Shown here: positions 7,992 through 16,179 of the stretch, piece by piece
Layout: every line of letters begins with the position of its first letter
How positions within the stretch are numbered: position 1 is the first letter of the stretch
Origin: Candidatus Saccharimonadota bacterium
GTDB lineage: Bacteria > Patescibacteriota > Gracilibacteria > UBA4473
Length of the DNA: 32,000 bases
Assembly: GCA_963677105.1 (NCBI GenBank)
Contig: OY781871.1
Coordinates: 30,001-62,000 of the forward strand
Direction of reading: 5' to 3'
Notes under the pieces: generated by a model
Told to the model about the DNA's origin: nothing
Seen by the model: only the letters and a program-made list of their open reading frames with translations
Databases searched by the model: none
Made by a program: the position numbers and the translations under genes

Positions 7992-8657
7992 TCAGAATAA
8001 GAATTCTTCAAGTTTCAATACAACATCTCGAACTGTTGAGAGCGTTTCGATAGGTAATTTTTCTTGTTTTTCATAAAATATTTCTGGCGGACTTCTTCGT
8101 AAAAATTCACATACTTGGCGCGCTTTATTTGAAAGATTAATGGAATCGTTTTCAATGGATTCGCTAGAAAATAATTTAGACTCAGGCTGGAAAAAACAGT
8201 TTTGTCGTATGGAATCAAATCGAGGACAATCTCCTGTGTTTTGTAATAATCTCATTCGAAATGCAACATCTGCCCAAGAAGCATTTTGTAAATCTATTCC
8301 GGCAAACCAAGAAATAATTTCTGTAAAAAATATATCATCTGGACGTTCTTCTGGCAGTATTTTTAACAACTGTGAAATCCAATTCCATCCAATCTGGTTC
8401 GCCTCTAAAGAAGATTCCAATCCGGAAAATAATGTAGTAGTTTCAATTGTTTTTAATGATTTTGATGACCTCCCTTGAAAGATTTGAATCTCTAACAATC
8501 GGAAAAAATCTACTTCTGCTCGTTTTTTTGATCGAGCAAACTTTTTTGAAAAGACGGAAACTCTCCCCCATTTTGAAGTAAAAAATTCTAATACAGCATC
8601 ATCATTCGCTAATAAAGTTCTTCGTAATAAAATTGCTAATGTTTTCTGTTCACCCAT
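7992..8657 (-). CDS. recO: DNA repair protein RecO
   Basis: N-terminal OB-fold-like pattern (AILLRRTLLANDDAVLEFFTSKWGRVSVFSKKFARSKKR...FRLLEIQ). Length is about 220 aa. ATG at 8657. Confidence 0.65.
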   Translation of the reverse strand: MGEQKTLAILLRRTLLANDDAVLEFFTSKWGRVSVFSKKFARSKKRAEVDFFRLLEIQIFQGRSSKSLKTIETTTLFSGLESSLEANQIGWNWISQLLKILPEERPDDIFFTEIISWFAGIDLQNASWADVAFRMRLLQNTGDCPRFDSIRQNCFFQPESKLFSSESIENDSINLSNKARQVCEFLRRSPPEIFYEKQEKLPIETLSTVRDVVLKLEEFLF

Positions 8658-8659
8658 TT

Positions 8660-9502
8660 TTACTGAAGTCTTCCACGAAGATATCTACGTATTGACCAAA
8701 ATGCACCAATTCCTCCAACGGTAGCTGAAATTAATAATTCAAATGCAAATACATTATTCCACAAATGAAGGAAAATTTGACTAATCGGGAGAACTGGAAT
8801 TTGTTTTAAAATTATAACAAAAAGAATTATAGCACATAATGCCGATAATAAACCGAGTAATATTCCTTCTATGACAAATGGTCCAATAATAAATGATGGA
8901 TCAGCTCCGACTAATCGTGCTACAAATACTTCATCCCTTCGTGAAAAAATAGCAATCTGAAAGGTATTCATTACTAATAAAATTCCACCAAACAGAAAAA
9001 GTAGCACTAAAACTTTTGAAGTTATTTCTACATTTTTTCGTAATTTCAAAAGATTTCCCACTATCGTCACAAATTCTCTTTCAGCTTTTCCGTCCCAATC
9101 TCCAATCACCTCTATATATCGAGGATTTTTAAATATTTCTAATACATCATTTACTTGTTGAATGTCATGAAATTTTACGTGCACACGAGTGGGAACACGA
9201 AATTCTGAAAATTCTTCTGCTGGTAAAATCTCTGTTTCTATATCAAAAGATTTCAATGAATTTTTTAGTGCATCAAATTCAAAAGCATCAAAGGGTTCAC
9301 GTAATGGAATAGTAAAATCTGCTCGAGACTCAAGAGATTTAATAGAATAATCTGCAAAAAACTGCGTTGCAAAAACAAAATTTAATAACACTAAAATCAA
9401 TGTTCCTAATCCTACGGTTGTAAGCGATAAAAATTTATGTCGCCACAATTGAACACTTCCTTCTCGGAAACTTCGACGCCACCAAATAAGAATTTTTTTC
9501 AT
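8660..9502 (-). CDS. ftsX: Cell division permease-like protein FtsX
   Basis: N-terminus REGSVQLWRHKFLSLTTVGLGTLILVLL, a large external loop, then three C-terminal TM helices (FtsX/ABC3 permease topology). No ftsE is adjacent. Confidence 0.75.
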   Translation of the reverse strand: MKKILIWWRRSFREGSVQLWRHKFLSLTTVGLGTLILVLLNFVFATQFFADYSIKSLESRADFTIPLREPFDAFEFDALKNSLKSFDIETEILPAEEFSEFRVPTRVHVKFHDIQQVNDVLEIFKNPRYIEVIGDWDGKAEREFVTIVGNLLKLRKNVEITSKVLVLLFLFGGILLVMNTFQIAIFSRRDEVFVARLVGADPSFIIGPFVIEGILLGLLSALCAIILFVIILKQIPVLPISQIFLHLWNNVFAFELLISATVGGIGAFWSIRRYLRGRLQ

Positions 9503-9903
9503 TTTTCTTTAGTGTAACGAAAATGTGACGATTTGAAAAACTCAGGAAAATATTTTTCTGCTCTGAAAATCTCAAGATCTGGGAATTCTTTTTTTATAAG
9601 ACGTTCATCGGCTCTTTGATCAAATCCCAAAAGTAAAATATTAGGAGATTCCTCATGCAATGTTTGAATAAAATCTCCGTCTTCTCTCCCCAATCGTATT
9701 TTTGTATGTGGTAACATTTCTTCTTGTAAACGAACAAGTCTATCTTCTTCAGAGTAAAAAGGGTCACGTCCACGAATTCGTCGAACGGTTATATCTGTTG
9801 CAACGACAACTGTCATTTCTGTTGCCTTCTTTGTCGCATTCCATAACAACCATTGGTGACCAATGTGTAATGGATCAAATGTTCCCGCAACAAATATTTT
9901 CAC
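9499..9903 (-). CDS. Cytidylyltransferase-family nucleotidyltransferase (HxGH motif)
   Basis: MKIFVAGTFDPLHIGHQWLL carries the (T/H)xGH nucleotidyltransferase signature at the N-terminus. GTG start at 9903. The stop overlaps the ftsX ATG (ATGA). The substrate cannot be told from sequence alone. Confidence 0.6.
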   Translation of the reverse strand: MKIFVAGTFDPLHIGHQWLLWNATKKATEMTVVVATDITVRRIRGRDPFYSEEDRLVRLQEEMLPHTKIRLGREDGDFIQTLHEESPNILLLGFDQRADERLIKKEFPDLEIFRAEKYFPEFFKSSHFRYTKEK

Positions 9904-10000
9904 GAAAATATTGTACTCAATTTTAGTAAAAAATCATTTTATAAGTCCTTAAGGTAATTGAAACTTTATTTCTATAAGAATTTCTGGCACACTTTCCTCA

Positions 10001-10906
10001 ATGAATTTCTCTATTGAAAAAAATGTTCATCTTTCCGATATTACCTACTTTGGTATCGGTGGGAAAATAGACGAACTTATTCGAATTTCAGATATAACAA
10101 TGCTTCCTGAGATTTGGGCAGAAACTATTGCGCTCAAACTCCCCTATTTCATTCTCGGAAGTGGTTCAAATCTCGTTTGTTCTGACGCTGGGTTTCGAGG
10201 ACGAATATTTATTATTGATGCAAAAGAAAGCAACTGGCGTGAAAACATTGTTTCTGTTGATATGGGAAAAAATCTACAGGAATTTATACTGGAAACTGCA
10301 GAACATGGCTTTGCTGATTTTATAAACTTGTCCGGTATCCCTGGAACACTCGGTGGAGCAATTCGTGGAAATGCGGGAGCTTTTGGTAGTGAAATAAGTG
10401 AGCGACTTGAATCTGTTCAGTTTTGTGATGAAAATGGAATAATTCAAACGATTCCTGCCAATAAATGTGAATTTGAATACCGAGAAAGCATTTTTAAGAA
10501 AAACCCACAATGGTGCATTCTTCAAGCGACATTTTTACTTCAAGAAAAAACAAAAAAAGACACTGCAATTACTGTAGCAAAAAAACTCATTCAAGAACGA
10601 TGGAGTAAATATCCTTCTGGAAAATGTGGTGGAAGTTTTTTTAAAAACCCAACAAATGTTCCCGAAGATGTGAAACCATTCGCCGGTTGGTTATTAGAAA
10701 ATTCTGGTGCAAAAGGTGACGCTATCGGTGGGGCTAAAATTTCAGAAAAACACGCTAATTTTCTTATGAACGCAAAAAACGCAACACAACAAGACGTAAT
10801 CGCTCTTGCAAAAAAATGGAAAAAAATTGTGTTAGAAAAATATAATGTCACTCTCGAACCAGAAGTAGTTCTTGTCAGTAAATACGGAAAAAAAATTGAA
10901 ATTTAA
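10001..10906 (+). CDS. murB: UDP-N-acetylenolpyruvoylglucosamine reductase
   Basis: FAD-binding N-terminal motifs (TYFGIGGK, LGSGSNLV), GIPGTLGGAIRGNAGAFG and the C-terminal GGAKISEKHANFL. Confidence 0.9.
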   Translation: MNFSIEKNVHLSDITYFGIGGKIDELIRISDITMLPEIWAETIALKLPYFILGSGSNLVCSDAGFRGRIFIIDAKESNWRENIVSVDMGKNLQEFILETAEHGFADFINLSGIPGTLGGAIRGNAGAFGSEISERLESVQFCDENGIIQTIPANKCEFEYRESIFKKNPQWCILQATFLLQEKTKKDTAITVAKKLIQERWSKYPSGKCGGSFFKNPTNVPEDVKPFAGWLLENSGAKGDAIGGAKISEKHANFLMNAKNATQQDVIALAKKWKKIVLEKYNVTLEPEVVLVSKYGKKIEI

Positions 10907-10935
10907 AAAACATTTTTTATAATGAATCGCAGAAA

Positions 10936-11412
10936 ATGATTTTTATTGAAGAGCCTATTCCTGACGACGCTGGTGAAATATTTTTTATCCAACGACAAAC
11001 ATGGCATGAATCATACATTGATTATCTTTCTCATGAAGATATTGAAAAACGTTTTTGTGATTCACCGAAAAGAATTCAGAAAATTCGAGAAAAAATAAAC
11101 GACAAAAATCACACAAAATATTTCATCGCTCGAGATGAAGAAAAAATAATCGGATTTATTTCATTATCAAACACACCAAGAAACGAAATTCACTCTTTGT
11201 ACGTGATTCAAGGATACCAAGGACAAGGAATCGGAAAAAAGCTTCTTCTCAAAGGAATAGATTGGTTTTATGACAAACCAGTTTTCGTCCATGTAAATAA
11301 AAAAAATGAACTGGCACGAAAATTTTATGAAAAATTCCAATTTCAATTTACAAAAAATGTTTCTCAAGATGAGTCTAAAGGATTTGAATTAATTGAACTC
11401 TGTAAAAACTAA
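10936..11412 (+). CDS. GNAT-family N-acetyltransferase
   Basis: Acetyl-CoA binding motif VIQGYQGQGIGKKLL and ARKFYEKFQF. Confidence 0.8.
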   Translation: MIFIEEPIPDDAGEIFFIQRQTWHESYIDYLSHEDIEKRFCDSPKRIQKIREKINDKNHTKYFIARDEEKIIGFISLSNTPRNEIHSLYVIQGYQGQGIGKKLLLKGIDWFYDKPVFVHVNKKNELARKFYEKFQFQFTKNVSQDESKGFELIELCKN

Positions 11413-11413
11413 T

Positions 11414-12262
11414 TTATAAAACAATTCGTGGTTGAAGCTTCCCTTTCATAATTTCCCCAAGTCCAATCGTTTTTCCTCCGACGAGAACGAGTGATTTTTC
11501 TCCTTCCAATCCAGACCATGGAAACGCTCTTCCTGCAATAAAATCTTGTACTCTCCCCGTTGGAATTTCTGTTTGTAGAAAGTTTGTCAAAATACATTTC
11601 GGATCAATCGGTTCGACACACATTCCTACCGGAAGAGCATCTTCAACGGAAATAGATTCAATCGCTGTTCTTCTCAATTCCGAGCAAATTCCTCCACCAA
11701 CCAATATTTTCCCCAGATCTCGAGCAAATGATCGTACGTAAAATCCTGCAGCAACTTCCATTTCAACTGTTAATTCTGGATATGAATAGTTGCAGATTTT
11801 TATAGAAAAAACTTCTGCTGACCGAGACTTCATTTCAACCTTTTCCCCTTTTCGTGCGAGATCACAACATTTCTTTCCATTTATTTTTAATGCCGAAAAT
11901 TGTGGCGGGACTTGTTCAATTTTTCCAATAAAATTTTTTTCAATAATTTTTTCAATTTCTTCCTTTGTTGGTTTCTCACCAGAAAAAGATATTTCTGTAA
12001 CTTCTGATTCAGGATCAAGTGTTGGAGAAGATTTTCCAAGCAATATTTTTGTTGTATATGATTTTTTCGCTTTTTCTAAAAAAGGAATCATCCGCGTACA
12101 CTTCCCTACTGCGACAATCAAAAGTCCAGTTGCAAAAGGATCAAGTGTTCCCGTATGTCCCACTTTTCTCGTGTTAAATTGTTTTCTCAAGCGAGCACAA
12201 ACATCAAAACTCGTCCATCCTGCCTCTTTATCTACGAGATAAAATCCATCAAAATTCATCAT
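11414..12262 (-). CDS. truB: tRNA pseudouridine(55) synthase
   Basis: GFYLVDKEAGWTSFDV..., catalytic Asp motif VGHTGTLDPFATGLL, PPQFSALKINGKK. I place the start at the ATG ATG at 12262/12259. The 106-codon extension in the ORF track runs through the rpsF promoter and start. Confidence 0.9.
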   Translation of the reverse strand: MMNFDGFYLVDKEAGWTSFDVCARLRKQFNTRKVGHTGTLDPFATGLLIVAVGKCTRMIPFLEKAKKSYTTKILLGKSSPTLDPESEVTEISFSGEKPTKEEIEKIIEKNFIGKIEQVPPQFSALKINGKKCCDLARKGEKVEMKSRSAEVFSIKICNYSYPELTVEMEVAAGFYVRSFARDLGKILVGGGICSELRRTAIESISVEDALPVGMCVEPIDPKCILTNFLQTEIPTGRVQDFIAGRAFPWSGLEGEKSLVLVGGKTIGLGEIMKGKLQPRIVL

Positions 12263-12267
12263 TGGAG

Positions 12268-12295
12268 ATTGTGCCAGAATTTTTATTTTATTCAA
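12268..12295 (-). promoter_or_regulatory. Promoter candidate for truB (possibly giving a leaderless or near-leaderless mRNA)
   Basis: Minus strand reads TTGAAT (12295-12290), 16 nt spacer, CACAAT (12273-12268), then only 5 nt (CTCCA) before ATGATG. Confidence 0.3.
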
Positions 12296-12339
12296 GAGAC
12301 GGAAAAATTTATTTTTTTTCAAAAGAAGTGTTTTCGTCC

Positions 12340-12367
12340 TTGACAACAATGCTTCTCTCCCTACAAT
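12340..12367 (+). promoter_or_regulatory. Sigma70-type promoter candidate for rpsF-rpsR
   Basis: TTGACA (12340-12345), 16 nt spacer, TACAAT (12362-12367). This leaves a 5' UTR of about 50 nt before the ATG at 12426. Confidence 0.5.
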
Positions 12368-12425
12368 CCAACTGCTTTGCTCCTTTTGGGGCCGGAAAAC
12401 TTTATTTCTTAACCGTCCAAAAAGC

Positions 12426-12929
12426 ATGAAAAAATACGAATTGATGGCGATAATCGTCAACAATGTGGATGAGAAAGTAGCACAAGATGTTGCAAAATCT
12501 TCGATTCTCAAACGCATCACCGAATTTGGTGGAAAAATTACATTTGAAGATTTTTGGGGCGAACGAGGGTTCGCGTACAAAATTAATGGTGAAAAATGGG
12601 GATACTATTTTGTGTGCCAATTTGAAATTGAAGGAAAGAATATTGCGAAACTAGAACGAGAGTTAAATATCGATACAAAAATTGTTCGTTTCTTAATTAC
12701 AACTGTTGATAGTGACATTGCTCCTGAAAAATATGAAGATATTCAAGCACGAGCAAAAGCTGCTACTACAAAACCTGAAGAATCAACTCCTGTAGAAGAA
12801 AAAGAAAGTACATCAAAGAAAGAAAAGACGGAAAAAGAAGTGGAGGAAGTACAGAAAGATACTCCTAAAAAAGACGCGGTTGATAAAAAACTTGACCAAA
12901 TCATGAATGCTGCATCTGCAGAACTATAA
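12426..12929 (+). CDS. rpsF: 30S ribosomal protein S6 with a long Lys/Glu-rich C-terminal extension
   Basis: MKKYELMAIIVNN...ITEFGGKI...EDFWGERGFAYKINGEKWGYYFVCQFE is a canonical S6 core. About 70 extra residues follow (PEESTPVEEKESTSKKEKTEKEVEEVQKD...). Confidence 0.9.
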   Translation: MKKYELMAIIVNNVDEKVAQDVAKSSILKRITEFGGKITFEDFWGERGFAYKINGEKWGYYFVCQFEIEGKNIAKLERELNIDTKIVRFLITTVDSDIAPEKYEDIQARAKAATTKPEESTPVEEKESTSKKEKTEKEVEEVQKDTPKKDAVDKKLDQIMNAASAEL

Positions 12930-12947
12930 ACATTAACTCTCTTTAAA

Positions 12948-13175
12948 ATGACTACTATTAAACGAAAAAAATTCATTTGTACATTCTGTCGAGGAAAAGT
13001 GAAAAATATTGACTATAAAGACGCTCAATTACTTTCACAATTCATCACATATTATCGATCAATTCAAAATAGATTTCACACTGGAATTTGCTTGAAACAT
13101 CAGAAAGAACTTGCCGTTGCAATCAAACGTGCACGAATTATGGGATTACTTCCATTTGTTCGTCACGAAAAGTAA
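12948..13175 (+). CDS. rpsR: 30S ribosomal protein S18
   Basis: CTFCRGKVKNIDYKDAQLLSQFI...GICLKHQKELAVAIKRARIMGLLPF. Confidence 0.92.
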   Translation: MTTIKRKKFICTFCRGKVKNIDYKDAQLLSQFITYYRSIQNRFHTGICLKHQKELAVAIKRARIMGLLPFVRHEK

Positions 13176-13198
13176 TATATTATACAAGTTTAGAAAAA

Positions 13199-13233
13199 AC
13201 ATAATGAATCATCAGAGTCATTGTGTTTTTTTA
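13199..13233 (+). terminator. Rho-independent terminator after rpsR
   Basis: ACATAATGA (13199-13207) pairs with TCATTGTGT (13218-13226) as 9 bp including one G-U. Loop is 10 nt, followed by TTTTTTT. Confidence 0.6.
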
Positions 13234-13242
13234 TTCTTAAAA

Positions 13243-13271
13243 TTGATTTTTTGCTAGAATTGAGGTAATAT
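13243..13271 (+). promoter_or_regulatory. Sigma70-type promoter candidate for the four-gene pilus-like operon
   Basis: TTGATT (13243-13248), 17 nt spacer, TAATAT (13266-13271), 27 nt upstream of the ATG at 13299. Confidence 0.45.
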
Positions 13272-13298
13272 ACACAGAAAATTCAAACAAATTAAAAA

Positions 13299-14297
13299 AT
13301 GGAATTACCTCCTACTCCTGTTGCATCAGCAGAACCTACTAACGAAAGTGTTCCACCAGCTCCAGCACCTGCTCAAACTAATACCGCTGTTCCAGAAACT
13401 CCTACAGCTCCTGAAGCAGTTCCCGATACGCCACCAGCTTCTGTAAGAACAGGATCTATATTACCTAGATCAAAGCTAACAAAAGAAGACAAGCAAAAAC
13501 TCATTGAAACACAAAAAGAGACACGAGCACGACTTCTGTTGTTAAAAAAGATAGCTACAACTTTTTTAATTGTTTCTCTCGGGTGGTTTTTTTGGCTTCA
13601 AATGAATCTTAGTGAAAACAATTCTGTACTTTCCCTTTTCGGAATAACAGAAAATCTTGGACAAAAAATATCAAATATCAAAAAAAATAAAAAGAAATTT
13701 ACATTAGAAAACGTTACTATTGAAAATAATATTAAAAATTTGCAAAAACAGTTAGAAAGCAAGAATTATACTCGATACTCTAAAGAAATCCGAGATATAC
13801 GGGAAAAACAGCTCCAATGGTATGATGAAATTGATGCTGATGGAAATATTATATTTGGACTTACTGATGCTGTTCCACGTATGCAAGAATTCTTCAATGA
13901 TCGAAATTATAAAGATGAAAACAACATTTTATCTGGAAAACATGGTGATATTCAAATTAAGAACTTACAAGTTTCTCGCGATGGAATAAATTTTTCCGTT
14001 GATGGTTCTCAAATATTGGGAAAAGTATTTTTTCTAAATATTGAATTTGTTGAGATGGTTAACTCTTTCCCTTTCTTGAAAAATGGAAAATTAAATCAAT
14101 TCTCACGTCAAAAAAATAAAGACGATGATGATTCTATGAATTTCAGTGTTAAATTAGAATTACAAGGTCCAGATGAAGTTGATCCTGCTGATAAGCGATT
14201 TCACGAATATTTGGATTGGCTCAATGCTAAATCTGATACCAATATAACAGAAGAAATCGACTCAAAAACTTCTTCTACTCCTGAAATAAACGAATAA
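13299..14297 (+). CDS. Bitopic membrane protein, PilN-like candidate with Pro-rich cytoplasmic N-terminal extension
   Basis: A 50-aa Pro/Thr/Ala-rich N-terminus, then SILPRSKL (reminiscent of the PilN INLLP motif), basic stretch, single TM (IATTFLIVSLGWFFWL), coiled-coil-like segment and an external domain of about 180 aa. First gene of a tightly packed operon ending in pilB/pilC-like genes. Confidence 0.35.
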   Translation: MELPPTPVASAEPTNESVPPAPAPAQTNTAVPETPTAPEAVPDTPPASVRTGSILPRSKLTKEDKQKLIETQKETRARLLLLKKIATTFLIVSLGWFFWLQMNLSENNSVLSLFGITENLGQKISNIKKNKKKFTLENVTIENNIKNLQKQLESKNYTRYSKEIRDIREKQLQWYDEIDADGNIIFGLTDAVPRMQEFFNDRNYKDENNILSGKHGDIQIKNLQVSRDGINFSVDGSQILGKVFFLNIEFVEMVNSFPFLKNGKLNQFSRQKNKDDDDSMNFSVKLELQGPDEVDPADKRFHEYLDWLNAKSDTNITEEIDSKTSSTPEINE

Positions 14298-14299
14298 TT

Positions 14300-14929
14300 A
14301 TGACTTCTAATAAAACTGGCCTCAAAGCATTTCTCCCTACAATAATAGTAATTCTAATTGTTGTAGCATTTAATGTAGCAAAAGTAATCCCCGACACTGT
14401 TCGTTGGATAAATACAAGAAAAGAAGTACAAACTTTGACACAAAAATTAGAAATCATAAAAAAAGAAGTTGAAAAAAATAAAGAAGATGCAGATTCAGCT
14501 CAAGTGCAATTTGATGCGGAATCAAAAAATTATATTCTTGAAGAATCACAATTATTTCCAGAAAAATTCGACCCATACTATGTATCAAAAACACTTGAAT
14601 TATTTTCTATTCAATATTCACTTCTTACTGCAACATCAAGATTGAGAATTGAACGACTTTCTTTTTCAGGTGGAGGAGGGAAAACTGCTGTAATGCTTGA
14701 TATGTCTTGTACAGAAGACACATTAAAAGAAATAATAAAGTATTTTCAATCAGGAGATCTTCCTGAAGCAATGGTTACAAATACAAATCTTGATGCAAAC
14801 GATGTTGAATATTTGCAATCACATAAATTACCAATAGCACATATCGATTCGATTCGTGTTTCAGAAGCAAATGATTCAGAAATATACAAAAAAATATCAC
14901 TCAAAATATCTTTTTTCACGCAAAATTAA
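14300..14929 (+). CDS. Bitopic membrane protein, PilO-like candidate
   Basis: Short N-terminus, single TM (AFLPTIIVILIVVAFNVAKVI), coiled coil (TLTQKLEIIKKEVEKNKEDADSAQ), then an alpha/beta domain of about 120 aa. There is a 2-nt gap to the previous gene and a 3-nt gap to the ATPase gene. Confidence 0.35.
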   Translation: MTSNKTGLKAFLPTIIVILIVVAFNVAKVIPDTVRWINTRKEVQTLTQKLEIIKKEVEKNKEDADSAQVQFDAESKNYILEESQLFPEKFDPYYVSKTLELFSIQYSLLTATSRLRIERLSFSGGGGKTAVMLDMSCTEDTLKEIIKYFQSGDLPEAMVTNTNLDANDVEYLQSHKLPIAHIDSIRVSEANDSEIYKKISLKISFFTQN

Positions 14930-14932
14930 AAA

Positions 14933-16177
14933 ATGGCAGAATATAAGCTCGATACACAAGAACTACAAAACTGTATTGTTTCAGGAAATATTCCTGAACT
15001 TATCGAACGAAGTTTAAAAGTAGCACTGCAATCTGGCGCATCTGACGTCCATATCGAACCAGGGAAAAATATGGTACGAATTCGTATCCGTATTGATGGA
15101 ATATTACAAGTAATAGTTGAATATCCTCTCAATCTTCATTCTGGAGTTATTTCAAAATTGAAGATTATGTCAAACCTAAAAATAGATGAAACACGAGTTC
15201 CTCAAGATGGACGAATTAACACTTTTATTGGAGTAACAGAAGTAGATCTTCGTACATCAACTCTTCCTACGCCAAATGGAGAAAAAGTTGTAATGCGTAT
15301 TTTAGATAAATCAAAAAAGATTCCTACACTTGATCAACTCGGAATTGTTGGACACAATCGTGCGTTGTTCGAAGAAGCAATTTCTGAACCAAACGGAATT
15401 ATTCTTACTTCTGGACCGACAGGATCTGGAAAAACTACAACTATGTATGCAGCAATGCAGGTTTTAAATCAACCAGAAGTAAACATTATGACGTTTGAAG
15501 ATCCAATTGAGAATCAAATGGAAGGGTTAAATCAAAGTCAGGTTCGAGCTGATATTGGATATACGTTTGCAAATGGTCTTCGTACTGCTTTACGACAAGA
15601 TCCCGATATTATCATGGTAGGAGAGATTCGTGATAAAGAAACTATTGATATTGCTATTGAGGCATCTCTTACTGGACACTTAGTATTATCAACTATTCAC
15701 ACGAATTCTGCCATTGAGACGATTACGCGTATTTTGAACATGAAAGTGCCGGACTTCTTATTGACGGCTTCTATAAACTTGATTATGGCACAACGTCTTG
15801 CACGAAGACTTTGTGATAAATGTCGTGTCCCACAACCACTGAGTATGGATGCTCAAAAACAACTTCAAGAAGCATTCGAGTTTTTTGAACCATATGAAGG
15901 ATTTGATATGTCTATATTAAATGAACCAGTTTTTTATGGACCAAGTAAAGCTGGATGTGCTGAATGCCAAGGAAAAGGATATAAAGGCCGTGTTGGATTA
16001 TACGAAGTTCTTCCTTTTTCTGATGAATTAAAGAAAGCTATTCTTGAAGGAACTCCTTCATTTGAATTGAATAAAATGGCACAAAAACAAGGAATGATAA
16101 CTTTAGAACAAGACGGTTTAATAAAAGCAGCACAAGGACTTACTTCTCTTGAAGAAGTATATAAACTCGTTAAATAA
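14933..16177 (+). CDS. pilB: Type IV pilus / type II secretion / competence-pilus assembly ATPase (PilB/GspE/ComGA family), short form without N1 domain
   Basis: Walker A GPTGSGKTT, Asp box, Walker B DPDIIMVGEIRD, His box TGHLVLSTIHTN and the tetracysteine Zn motif CDKC...CAEC typical of extension ATPases. At 414 aa it lacks the long N-terminal domain. Confidence 0.88.
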   Translation: MAEYKLDTQELQNCIVSGNIPELIERSLKVALQSGASDVHIEPGKNMVRIRIRIDGILQVIVEYPLNLHSGVISKLKIMSNLKIDETRVPQDGRINTFIGVTEVDLRTSTLPTPNGEKVVMRILDKSKKIPTLDQLGIVGHNRALFEEAISEPNGIILTSGPTGSGKTTTMYAAMQVLNQPEVNIMTFEDPIENQMEGLNQSQVRADIGYTFANGLRTALRQDPDIIMVGEIRDKETIDIAIEASLTGHLVLSTIHTNSAIETITRILNMKVPDFLLTASINLIMAQRLARRLCDKCRVPQPLSMDAQKQLQEAFEFFEPYEGFDMSILNEPVFYGPSKAGCAECQGKGYKGRVGLYEVLPFSDELKKAILEGTPSFELNKMAQKQGMITLEQDGLIKAAQGLTSLEEVYKLVK

Positions 16178-16179
16178 AT

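Noticed and set aside
9947-9954. Perfect 8-bp palindrome CCTTAAGG in the divergent region between the nucleotidyltransferase gene and murB, considered as an operator
   Set aside because: It is a single short palindrome with no second copy in the window and no associated regulator gene, so it is compatible with chance.
11412-11414. Convergent GNAT and truB genes whose stop codons are separated by a single nucleotide with no terminator
   Set aside because: This was noted as a sign of genome compaction. There is no sequence between the genes to analyse and nothing indicates a functional element. Possible transcriptional read-through or antisense effects cannot be judged from sequence.
12374-12425. 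rpsF 5' UTR as a possible S6:S18-binding autoregulatory leader
   Set aside because: A ~50-nt UTR exists (ACTGCTTTGCTCCTTTTGGGGCCGGAAAACTTTATTTCTTAACCGTCCAAAAAGC). I could not fold it into a convincing hairpin or match it to the known leader from memory. It is left as untested and would need a covariance-model search.
12263-12580. 106-codon N-terminal extension of the truB ORF in the track (388 aa)
   Set aside because: The conserved TruB N-terminus (FYLVDKEAGWTSFDV) begins right after the ATG ATG at 12262/12259. The extension is compositionally odd and would run antisense through the rpsF promoter, 5' UTR and first 50 codons.
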